A stretch of DNA of 27,829 bases, from NCBI GenBank assembly GCA_964549305.1, contig CAZJVM010000002.1:1-27829 (forward strand), read 5' to 3'. Position 1 is the stretch's first letter; every line of letters starts with the position of its first letter. A program made the translations under genes and the position numbers. The notes below the pieces were generated by a model. The model saw nothing but the letters and a program-made list of their open reading frames with translations. It made no database searches and had not been told where the DNA came from. Below are positions 20,077 through 27,377 of the stretch, piece by piece. The stretch comes from an uncultured bacterium (GTDB lineage Bacteria; Schekmanbacteria; GWA2-38-11; J061).

Positions 20077-21893
20077 TGCCCGGCGGACACGGACAGGGAA
20101 ATATATTTCTTGAAGAAAGCGAACTTGGCAAGGCGTATGATTCCGCAATAATAAAAAAACTGTGGAACTTCATTTCTCCCCATAAATGGCTCATAATATT
20201 TTCTATAGCTCTTTTGCCGTTTGCTGCCGGATTGCAGCTTATACAGCCCTATCTTATAAAAACTGCAATAGATGAAAATATTTCCAAGGGGAAGGTCGAA
20301 GGACTTGATATGATTGCGGTGATTTTTTTATGTGCCTTAATCTTTCAGTATTTGGTTACCTTCCTTCAGCAATTCCTCCTTCAGGTTTCGGGACAGCGAA
20401 TAATTCTGGATATACGAACAAAACTATTCGCCCATGTATTAAGGCTCCCTCTCCGGTTTTTTGATAAGAATCCGGTGGGAAGAGTTGTTACGAGACTGAC
20501 TTCCGATGTAGAGGCACTGAATGAAATGTTTACATCGGGAATCGCCGCTTTTATCGGTGATGGCTTTATGCTCGCGGGCATTATGGTTGCAATGTTTCTC
20601 CTTGACGCAAAGCTTGCTCTTGTGACTTTGATAATTATTCCCTTTCTTGCTATTATCGCGGGTTTTTTCAGAATAAAGGGAAGAAAGGCATACAGAGGAA
20701 TACGGACGAAAACGGCATTGGTAAATTCTTATTTGGAAGAAAATCTTTCAGGCATTGAAATAGTCAAACTTTTCAGAAGAGAAAAAAGAAACTTCGGGGA
20801 ATTTAGAAAATATAACGGCGAGTTGAGAAGCGCAAACATTTCGTCTGTCTTTTATGACTCATTCCTTTATGCATCAGTTGAACTTATCGGTTCGGTAGCA
20901 GTTGCCATAATAATTTGGTACGGAGGAGGACAAATAATACGGGAAACGCTTACTTTTGGCATTCTTGTTGCATTTCTCGAATATGTTCAGAAATTCTTCG
21001 TTCCCATCAGGGATTTATCTGCAAAATATGCCATTATGCAGCAGGCAATGGCGGCATCGGAAAGGATTCTGAACCTCTTTGACGAAAAGGAAGAAAATAT
21101 TCTGGAAGAAAAAGAAAAACCGGATTCTTTAAAGGGGAAAATCGAATTTAAAGACATTTCTTTTTCTTATGGCGAAAGCGAAAAAAATGTTGTGAAAAAT
21201 TTTTCACTTTCAATTCAACCTGGTGAAAAAATCGCTATTGTGGGAGCAACGGGAGCAGGAAAATCAACTCTTCTCAAGTTTCTTATGCGTTTTTATGAGC
21301 CTTCGCGCGGTAGTGTTTTAATAGACGGAATTAATATCAATGATATTAACCGTCAATGGATAAGAAAAAATATCGGAATCGTTCCGCAGGACATTTTCCT
21401 CTTTTCAGGCAATATAGAGAGCAACCTTAAACTTGCAAACAGCTCTATAACCAAGGAAATTCTTTCGGAAAGCATTAAAAAAGCCCGGGCTGACAGGGTG
21501 ATAGATAAATTATCGGCCGGTTTGGATGAAGTTGTTTTTGAGAGAGGAAACAACTTTTCAAGCGGAGAAAAACAACTGTTGTCTTTTGCAAGAGTTTTGA
21601 CATTTAATCCTGCTATCCTCATCCTCGATGAAGCAACATCGAATATCGACGCGGAAACAGAGCATCTGATACAGGAAGGATTGAAAGAGCTTTTAAAAGG
21701 CAGGACATCCATAGTTGTTGCCCATCGTCTTTCAACCATTAAAAATGTGGACCGCATAGCGGTTATGCACCACGGAGAATTAAGAGAATTGGGAACGCAC
21801 GAGGAACTTCTTGAAAAAAGGGGGATATATTACAGGCTTTACAAATATCAGGGTGGGAATGATATCGGGAAAAAACAAAGATTGCTTCTCTAA
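20076..21893 (+). CDS. ABC exporter, fused permease/ATPase, subunit B of a heterodimer (MdlB/YheH-like)
   Basis: Six-TM domain; GATGAGKS; FSSGEKQL signature; ILDEATSNID; translationally coupled to the upstream gene (TAATG). Confidence 0.92.
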   Translation: MPGGHGQGNIFLEESELGKAYDSAIIKKLWNFISPHKWLIIFSIALLPFAAGLQLIQPYLIKTAIDENISKGKVEGLDMIAVIFLCALIFQYLVTFLQQFLLQVSGQRIILDIRTKLFAHVLRLPLRFFDKNPVGRVVTRLTSDVEALNEMFTSGIAAFIGDGFMLAGIMVAMFLLDAKLALVTLIIIPFLAIIAGFFRIKGRKAYRGIRTKTALVNSYLEENLSGIEIVKLFRREKRNFGEFRKYNGELRSANISSVFYDSFLYASVELIGSVAVAIIIWYGGGQIIRETLTFGILVAFLEYVQKFFVPIRDLSAKYAIMQQAMAASERILNLFDEKEENILEEKEKPDSLKGKIEFKDISFSYGESEKNVVKNFSLSIQPGEKIAIVGATGAGKSTLLKFLMRFYEPSRGSVLIDGININDINRQWIRKNIGIVPQDIFLFSGNIESNLKLANSSITKEILSESIKKARADRVIDKLSAGLDEVVFERGNNFSSGEKQLLSFARVLTFNPAILILDEATSNIDAETEHLIQEGLKELLKGRTSIVVAHRLSTIKNVDRIAVMHHGELRELGTHEELLEKRGIYYRLYKYQGGNDIGKKQRLLL

Positions 21894-22091
21894 GCAACTG
21901 AAAGGGAAGTTAACAAACAATAATAAGGGGATAAACAAAATTTACATTTTTTACAAAAAATTTACTGAATTTAAATTGTATGATTGTCCAAAATATTATA
22001 CTGAACTTTTTTAACGTTTGTTCCATCGATTAAAAACAAAATATTCTTGTTGAACCGTAGTTGAAAGAATAACCATTTGGGAGGTTTGTCA

Positions 22092-23534
22092 ATGCAAATT
22101 ATCATAGGGATTCTTGTTGTTCTGGTTTTGCTCGCTGCAGGTTTGTTTGCCCTTTTTAAATATAAAAACCGTCAACCGACCCCTGATCTTTACGAACTTT
22201 TTTTAAAACAGGATACAACACCTGTGGGCAAGGTTGGTGTTTTTGTGACAGGGTTGATTATGCCGGAAAATCACAATCACGCTTTTTTCCACAACATTAT
22301 TAAAAAAATAAACAAGGTCGTAATTCCCTGGCCTATTAATATTCTCGCAATGAAAGACAACGGGATTGCCCTTCTTGACCCTCATAATACCCATGCAAGA
22401 GAAAAATTTACCCCGACGCATCTTGAAGATGCATTCGGAAATGACTGTGACAGAGACGGAGTTCCCTATATTGAATTATATAAAGAGGGAAAAATTGAAT
22501 GGAGGCCACCTTCATCGAGAATTTATCTCGATCACGGATATTTCCTTTATCCCGATCGTCTTTCTGGTGAGCCCACGTTGTGCGGAAAAGTGGGAAACAA
22601 ATCGAGGCTTTATTATTACGGACACGGCATTAAGCAGGGGAAACTGCCTCATTGGCAGCAGACAAACGATATGCTTGAGAATGGTTTTAAAAAAATTCAG
22701 GAAAAATATGACAATGTTGTTTGTGGTTGGGAAACAGGCCTTATTTACTGGAATATGAGAAAGAAACTTTTCGAAATCCTTGATCAGGGTGTCGATACAT
22801 TAATCGCTTCTTCTCCTATGGGTATTTATTCCCACTTCGAAGACTTTAATTCAAGTTTTCGACATATTTTTGAATATGTGGAAGAATGGGAAAAAGAGCA
22901 TCCTGGGAAAAAGATAAAAGTCATAATGGCGCCTCAGATGGGAGACTATCAGCCGTTGAGACAGGCATTTCTTGAAATGCTTAAAGACCGTCTTGATACT
23001 TTTCCCGAAGGAAGCAGTGTTATGGTTGGTGTTACCTGCCACGGAATGCCATGGGATGCGTTTAAATGGGAAGCGTGGCTTAAGCAGGCACCAATATACA
23101 GGGATACACTTTTCGAGGAAGTCAAGGAACTGGTTGCGAAATATAATTTCAGCAAAACAAATGTAGTCGTCTGCCAGGACGAGTTTGCTGACCCGATTTG
23201 GGATCCCAATGAAAAATATCTCGGAACAAACAGGGCATACTGGAATGCCATAAAAGAAGGTTACGATTACTGCGTTGGTCTTCCCATCGAGTTCTTTGCG
23301 GAAAATTCCGACACCCTGATGCATCACGCAATGAAAAACTATCAGGGGTTTGATGATTATGATATTGGAGAGCCCATCGACTATCCCGATTGGTCAGTTC
23401 CCTATGTGCGCCAGTTCAAGCAGAATAATACCACTGTTATTTATAATGGTGTGCCGGTGGGTAAATATCAAAAATATGTTACCGAGGCATTTGTGCAGTC
23501 GCTTGATTCAGTATTGTCGAAAAGGGCAAACTAA
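22092..23534 (+). CDS. membrane-anchored protein with a divergent ferrochelatase / class II chelatase-like fold
   Basis: GGAGGT RBS (22080-22085) before ATG22092; N-terminal hydrophobic helix; ordered motifs GVFVTGLIMPE, LPHWQQT, SPMGIYS, TCHGMP, CQDEF and LPIEFFAENSDTL that parallel HemH motifs. The CDS is secure; the function is inferred. Confidence 0.6.
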   Translation: MQIIIGILVVLVLLAAGLFALFKYKNRQPTPDLYELFLKQDTTPVGKVGVFVTGLIMPENHNHAFFHNIIKKINKVVIPWPINILAMKDNGIALLDPHNTHAREKFTPTHLEDAFGNDCDRDGVPYIELYKEGKIEWRPPSSRIYLDHGYFLYPDRLSGEPTLCGKVGNKSRLYYYGHGIKQGKLPHWQQTNDMLENGFKKIQEKYDNVVCGWETGLIYWNMRKKLFEILDQGVDTLIASSPMGIYSHFEDFNSSFRHIFEYVEEWEKEHPGKKIKVIMAPQMGDYQPLRQAFLEMLKDRLDTFPEGSSVMVGVTCHGMPWDAFKWEAWLKQAPIYRDTLFEEVKELVAKYNFSKTNVVVCQDEFADPIWDPNEKYLGTNRAYWNAIKEGYDYCVGLPIEFFAENSDTLMHHAMKNYQGFDDYDIGEPIDYPDWSVPYVRQFKQNNTTVIYNGVPVGKYQKYVTEAFVQSLDSVLSKRAN

Positions 23535-23578
23535 TTTAATTCTGCAGGAAAGTCTTTATGGTGTGAATTTTCAATTAT

Positions 23579-23615
23579 TCCCTCTTTCATTAATTTGAAA
23601 GAGGGATTATTTTAT
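23579..23615 (+). terminator. probable intrinsic terminator after the chelatase-like gene
   Basis: Perfect 11-bp stem TCCCTCTTTCA-TTAATT-TGAAAGAGGGA followed by TTATTTTATT. Confidence 0.65.
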
Positions 23616-23693
23616 TGATATTTAATTAAAATAGTTGGAAATTATCGTCTGTAAAAACAAAGTCTTACTGTTTTTTTAAATAAATAATCACAC

Positions 23694-23711
23694 TTATGAC
23701 TTATGTCATAC
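23694..23711 (+). promoter_or_regulatory. CRP/FNR-family (HcpR-like) binding site upstream of hcp
   Basis: TTATGA-CTTATG-TCATAC, with a perfect core palindrome TATGAC-N4-GTCATA, resembles TTGTGA-N6-TCACAA. A candidate -10 (TATACATT, 23732-23739) follows. Confidence 0.55.
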
Positions 23712-23793
23712 ACTAAAAATATCATTTCCGTTATACATTAAGATAATAATTGTGAAAGCAATGTAACGTTCACCTTTCAAAGGAGGAAGAAAT

Positions 23794-25080
23794 ATGTTTT
23801 GTAACCAATGTGAACAGACGGCAAAAGGCACCGGATGTACAGTTGCTGGTGTGTGCGGAAAGAATGAAGATATTCAGTCTTTGCAGGAAATTCTTCTTTA
23901 CGGCCTGAAGGGGATTTCAGCTTATGCCTGGGCTGCAAAAAAAATGGGTAAAAGCGATCCCGAAGTAGATGCATTTATGCACGAAGCACTTTATACAACC
24001 GTTACCAATGTAAATTTTAATCTTGAAGATCACATTAACATGGCAATGAAGTGCGGACAGATGAATCTTAAAGCTATGGAGCTTTTGGATAAAGCTCATG
24101 TTGAGCGTTTTGGGGCACCGACTCCTGTTGAAGTTGATACAGGAACAAAAGCCGGTCACGGTATTCTTGTTACAGGACATGATCTGCCTGACCTTGAAGA
24201 ACTCCTGAAACAGACAGAAGGTAAGGGGATAAATATTTATACACATTCAGAAATGCTCCCTGCGCACGGGTATCCTGAGCTTAGGAAATATAAGCATCTT
24301 GTGGGAAACTATGGCGGTGCGTGGCAGGATCAGGTAAAGGAGTTTGCCGAGTTTCCCGGAACGATTCTTGTAACTACAAACTGTGTTCAGATTCCGAAAG
24401 AAAGTTACAGCGACAGGTTGTTCACAATGGGTGTTTCATCTGTGGACAGGGGAAATCATATTGAAGGTCACGATTTTTCAAAACTCATCGAAAAAACACT
24501 ACAGACTCAGCCGCTTGCAGATTCACCTGGTAAAAAAATAATGACAGGTTTCCATCACACTGCGATTCTTGGAATTGCAGATAAGGTTATAGACGCCGTA
24601 AAGACAGGTAAAGTAAAACATTTCTTTCTGATCGGCGGATGTGATGGAGCAAAAACAGGCAGAAATTATTTTACTGAAATAGCAGAAAGAGTTCCTCAGG
24701 ATTCTGTTATCCTTACTCTTGCCTGTGGAAAATATCGTTTCAACAAACAGGATTTCGGCGCAATAGGCGATATTCCGCGCCTTCTCGATATCGGTCAATG
24801 CAATAATGCCTACAGCGCCATACAGGTTGCAGTCGCGCTTGCAGATGCTTTTAAATGCGGTGTTAACGACCTTCCGCTTTCTCTTATTCTTTCGTGGTTT
24901 GAACAGAAAGCCGTGGCGATTCTCCTTACGCTTCTTTCACTTGGCATAAAAGGAATAAGACTTGGACCTACGCCTCCTGCTTTTGTAAGCGGAAACGTTT
25001 TCAAGGTGCTTCAGGATAAGTTTGACCTTAAACTGATAACCACTCCTGAAGAAGACCTCAATGCCATATTGGCAAAATAA
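23794..25080 (+). CDS. hcp: hybrid cluster protein (hydroxylamine/NO reductase), short form
   Basis: MFCNQCEQT Cys-X2-Cys-X8-Cys-X5-Cys cubane motif; GHDL, THSEMLPAHGYP, TTNC, GGCDG, LACGKYRF, GQCN and EQKA hybrid-cluster motifs; AGGAGG RBS. Confidence 0.96.
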   Translation: MFCNQCEQTAKGTGCTVAGVCGKNEDIQSLQEILLYGLKGISAYAWAAKKMGKSDPEVDAFMHEALYTTVTNVNFNLEDHINMAMKCGQMNLKAMELLDKAHVERFGAPTPVEVDTGTKAGHGILVTGHDLPDLEELLKQTEGKGINIYTHSEMLPAHGYPELRKYKHLVGNYGGAWQDQVKEFAEFPGTILVTTNCVQIPKESYSDRLFTMGVSSVDRGNHIEGHDFSKLIEKTLQTQPLADSPGKKIMTGFHHTAILGIADKVIDAVKTGKVKHFFLIGGCDGAKTGRNYFTEIAERVPQDSVILTLACGKYRFNKQDFGAIGDIPRLLDIGQCNNAYSAIQVAVALADAFKCGVNDLPLSLILSWFEQKAVAILLTLLSLGIKGIRLGPTPPAFVSGNVFKVLQDKFDLKLITTPEEDLNAILAK

Positions 25081-25093
25081 TCTTTTTTTTGCC

Positions 25094-25121
25094 TTGACAA
25101 AAGAAAATAATGTTTTATCTC
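25094..25121 (+). promoter_or_regulatory. possible promoter for the riboswitch leader
   Basis: Perfect TTGACA at 25094-25099; only a weak -10 (TATCTC, 25116-25121). Confidence 0.35.
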
Positions 25122-25154
25122 ATCTCGTAGGTGAGAGGAAGTAGATAGGCAGTA

Positions 25155-25236
25155 TTTTTCGAAAAGGGTAAACCCTGTGAGAGCAGGGGACACAAAGCCA
25201 ACGGGTCCTGGAGGGGACGGCCGGGTTGCCGAAAAA
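25155..25236 (+). ncRNA. c-di-GMP-I (GEMM-I) riboswitch aptamer
   Basis: P1 TTTTTCG/CGAAAAA; AGGGTAAACC; P2 CCCTGT-GAGA(GNRA)-GCAGGG; GACACAAAGCC; P3 with GGGTCC...GGACGGCCGGGTTGCCG. This matches the known consensus GGCAAACC..GNRA..GGGACGCAAAGCC..GGTC..GAYRGCCGGGTTGCC. Confidence 0.92.
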
Positions 25237-25251
25237 AAAGAAATAAACAAT

Positions 25252-25287
25252 ACCTCTTTTTCGGTTTTTCCGGAAAAGAGGTTTTTT
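25252..25287 (+). terminator. riboswitch expression-platform terminator
   Basis: 13-bp stem ACCTCTTTTTCGG-TTTTT-CCGGAAAAGAGGT (one G-U pair) followed by a T tract; lies between the aptamer and the RBS. Confidence 0.85.
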
Positions 25288-25332
25288 ATATATTGGCAAC
25301 AAAAACTTTTTTTAAAAAAAAGGAGGAATGAA

Positions 25333-27153
25333 ATGAGAAAAAAATTTGAAAATTATGCGCTGTCTTTTTTTCTTGTATTTGCTGTTGTTTTATTACTGCC
25401 AGGTTCGGGTCTTGCAAAGGGTTTGAAGAAGATAAGTATTAAACCGGCAAAGAGTAAGGTCAACGCCGGCAAAAAAGTCAATTTCACTGCAGTAGTCAAA
25501 GCTAAAGGGAAAGTCAATAAAGGCGCGCTTTGGTACGTTAACGACCTTCTCGGAGGAAATAGTTCGGTTGGAACAATCGTATCAAAAAAAGGTGGCAAAA
25601 AAGCGGTTTATAAATCTCCTTCTACAGCTCCGAATCCTTCAACTGTCCTAATTAAGGCAGTAAGCAATGAAAATTCTGCTAAATCTGCAACTGCAAAGGT
25701 AGTAATAAAAGACAAAAAATTGAAAAAAAGCAGTTTAAGAGTAAAAGGGGTTGCCGCAACGGGATTACCTATTACTGGAGCAGACGTTGAAGTCACAAAC
25801 AGCAAGGGTAAAGTTGTCGGCAATGATACCACTGATGATGTTGATGGCTCATATCTTGTCAAGATAAAGAAAAAGAAATATGACCCTCCTTTTCTTGTTA
25901 AGGTTACACCATCCCAGGGCGCTACTCCAATTTACAGTCTTACTTCGGGTACATCAAAAGTTGCCAATGTCACTCCATTGAGCGATAAGGCAGTTGAAAG
26001 TTTTATTGTTAAAAACGGGGGGAGTGTTGCAGATGACGATTACAGCGATGACATAAAAAAAATCAAGGAAACATCAGCGGATTTTGACGGTGAATTTGAG
26101 AAGGCAAAAGACGCTTTGAAAAAAGCCATCGGGCTCGACACTATCGATATTGACTTTATCAAGTCAAAACTTGATACCGAAGACCCTGAAAATGAATATG
26201 AAAAAATCCTTGAAGCTATTAAGGATTCACTTGAAAACGACAATGACCCTGAAACGGAAGATATAGACGATCTCATTGAAGTTGACGATGACTTTGTGAA
26301 TGTGAATAATAACATTCTTCTCCTTTATAAAAACAAGGGGATTTTGAATGAAGACAAGTCTCCGGAAGATTTTTCCGAAGATGACCTTCCTGAAATAGAA
26401 GGGGTAATTACCAATCCCCTTACTGTCACGGATACAACAACGATTACGGGGACTGTCATCGTTACGAATACTATTACGGTGAACAATGTTGATTTGGTAA
26501 TCAGCGACACAACACAGATTTCAATCAAAGATCTGAATGGTAATAAGATATCAGGAACATTTGCGGATCTCACTGCGGGCAAGTTTGTGGAAGTCAAGTA
26601 TTTCATTCAGAATGACCTTTTTGTTGCAACAAAGGTTAAAGTGAAGAGTGAAAAGAATGATGAAGGAGAAGATGATTATGACGGTATTATAAGCCAGAAG
26701 AATGACATTGCAAAATCCATTGTTGTTGACGGTAAGGCCATTTTTGTCAAAAACACAACTAAAATTGAAGTAAATGAAGCAGTTGCGACATTCGCAGATC
26801 TTATAGTCGGTCAAAAGGTCGAAGTCGATACGATTCTAACCGACGGAAAGCTTGTTGCAACAAAGATCAAAGTCGAAAATCAGGACAGTGAAGATGAGAA
26901 TGATACCGAAAAGGTGAAGGGGACCATAAGCACGATAAACTCTTCGGATAATACTATAATTGTTGACGGTTTGGTGATTGCCGTTACCGACAATACGAAA
27001 ATCGAGCTTAATGATGTATTGGTCTCCTTTTCCGACCTCGCAGTGGGGCAGAATGTTGAGCTTAAAACTGTTTTTGCAAATGGCAGTCTGGAAGCAGTAA
27101 AAATAGAGGTAAAGATAGAAGATAGTGATGAAGGCGACAATTCAGATGATTAA
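25333..27153 (+). CDS. secreted/surface protein: signal peptide, Ig-like domain, beta-sandwich domain, acidic linker, three DUF5666-like repeats
   Basis: AGGAGG RBS at 25321-25326 before ATG25333 (the ORF-track start at 25177 lies inside the riboswitch); signal peptide MRKKFENYALSFFLVFAVVLLLPGSGLA; three C-terminal repeats of the form G.I......I.V.G..I.V...T.I........F.DL..G..VEV.......L.A.KI.V. Confidence 0.8.
   Translation: MRKKFENYALSFFLVFAVVLLLPGSGLAKGLKKISIKPAKSKVNAGKKVNFTAVVKAKGKVNKGALWYVNDLLGGNSSVGTIVSKKGGKKAVYKSPSTAPNPSTVLIKAVSNENSAKSATAKVVIKDKKLKKSSLRVKGVAATGLPITGADVEVTNSKGKVVGNDTTDDVDGSYLVKIKKKKYDPPFLVKVTPSQGATPIYSLTSGTSKVANVTPLSDKAVESFIVKNGGSVADDDYSDDIKKIKETSADFDGEFEKAKDALKKAIGLDTIDIDFIKSKLDTEDPENEYEKILEAIKDSLENDNDPETEDIDDLIEVDDDFVNVNNNILLLYKNKGILNEDKSPEDFSEDDLPEIEGVITNPLTVTDTTTITGTVIVTNTITVNNVDLVISDTTQISIKDLNGNKISGTFADLTAGKFVEVKYFIQNDLFVATKVKVKSEKNDEGEDDYDGIISQKNDIAKSIVVDGKAIFVKNTTKIEVNEAVATFADLIVGQKVEVDTILTDGKLVATKIKVENQDSEDENDTEKVKGTISTINSSDNTIIVDGLVIAVTDNTKIELNDVLVSFSDLAVGQNVELKTVFANGSLEAVKIEVKIEDSDEGDNSDD
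26392..27114 (+). repeat. three diverged protein-level tandem repeats (DUF5666-like, about 70 aa each)
   Basis: FADLTAGKFVEV...VATKVKV, FADLIVGQKVEV...VATKIKV and FSDLAVGQNVEL...EAVKIEV, separated by acidic linkers. Boundaries are approximate. Confidence 0.75.
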
Positions 27154-27226
27154 GAAGATTTTTAAAGTTGATATTAAGTAATGACTATTGAAAATTAATT
27201 ATCTGTTTTAGATTTTAATAAGATTG

Positions 27227-27259
27227 AGGCAATCCGTTTAGGGTTGCCTTTTCTTTTTT
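27227..27259 (+). terminator. intrinsic terminator after the surface-protein gene
   Basis: AGGCAATCC-GTTTA-GGGTTGCCT followed by TTTCTTTTTT. Confidence 0.8.
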
Positions 27260-27274
27260 CAAAGGGTATCAAGA

Positions 27275-27336
27275 TTGACAAGTTTATATTCCTATGCTAT
27301 CCAATTTTTGAAAAAGTAGTGATTGAGCAATCAATC
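27275..27336 (+). promoter_or_regulatory. possible promoter plus operator-like palindrome for the last ORF
   Basis: TTGACA (27275-27280), 17 nt, TGc-TATCCA; downstream inverted repeat GATTGA-GCAA-TCAATC (27321-27336). Confidence 0.45.
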
Positions 27337-27377
27337 GGTTTTTAAAATTGAAGGATTTTTTAAAGGAGGATTGAAAA

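Noticed and set aside
21937..21966. Direct repeats AAAATTTAC / TTTAC upstream of the chelatase-like gene (possible OmpR-family site)
   Set aside because: Low-complexity A/T sequence with irregular 9- and 11-nt spacing; not distinguishable from chance by eye.
23649..23670. CTGTAA...CTTACTG as a second (clostridial-type) HcpR site
   Set aside because: The half-site spacing is 10 nt rather than 6.
25161..25175. Possible 3',3'-cGAMP (GEMM-Ib) specificity of the riboswitch
   Set aside because: The discriminating position is G (25167) in an AGGG context, as in c-di-GMP sensors, not A.
25177..25332. 52-aa N-terminal extension of the 658-aa ORF, plus small ORFs 25011-25250 and 25120-25302 on the minus strand
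   Set aside because: They overlap the riboswitch aptamer and terminator. The real start is ATG25333, with an AGGAGG RBS and a signal peptide.
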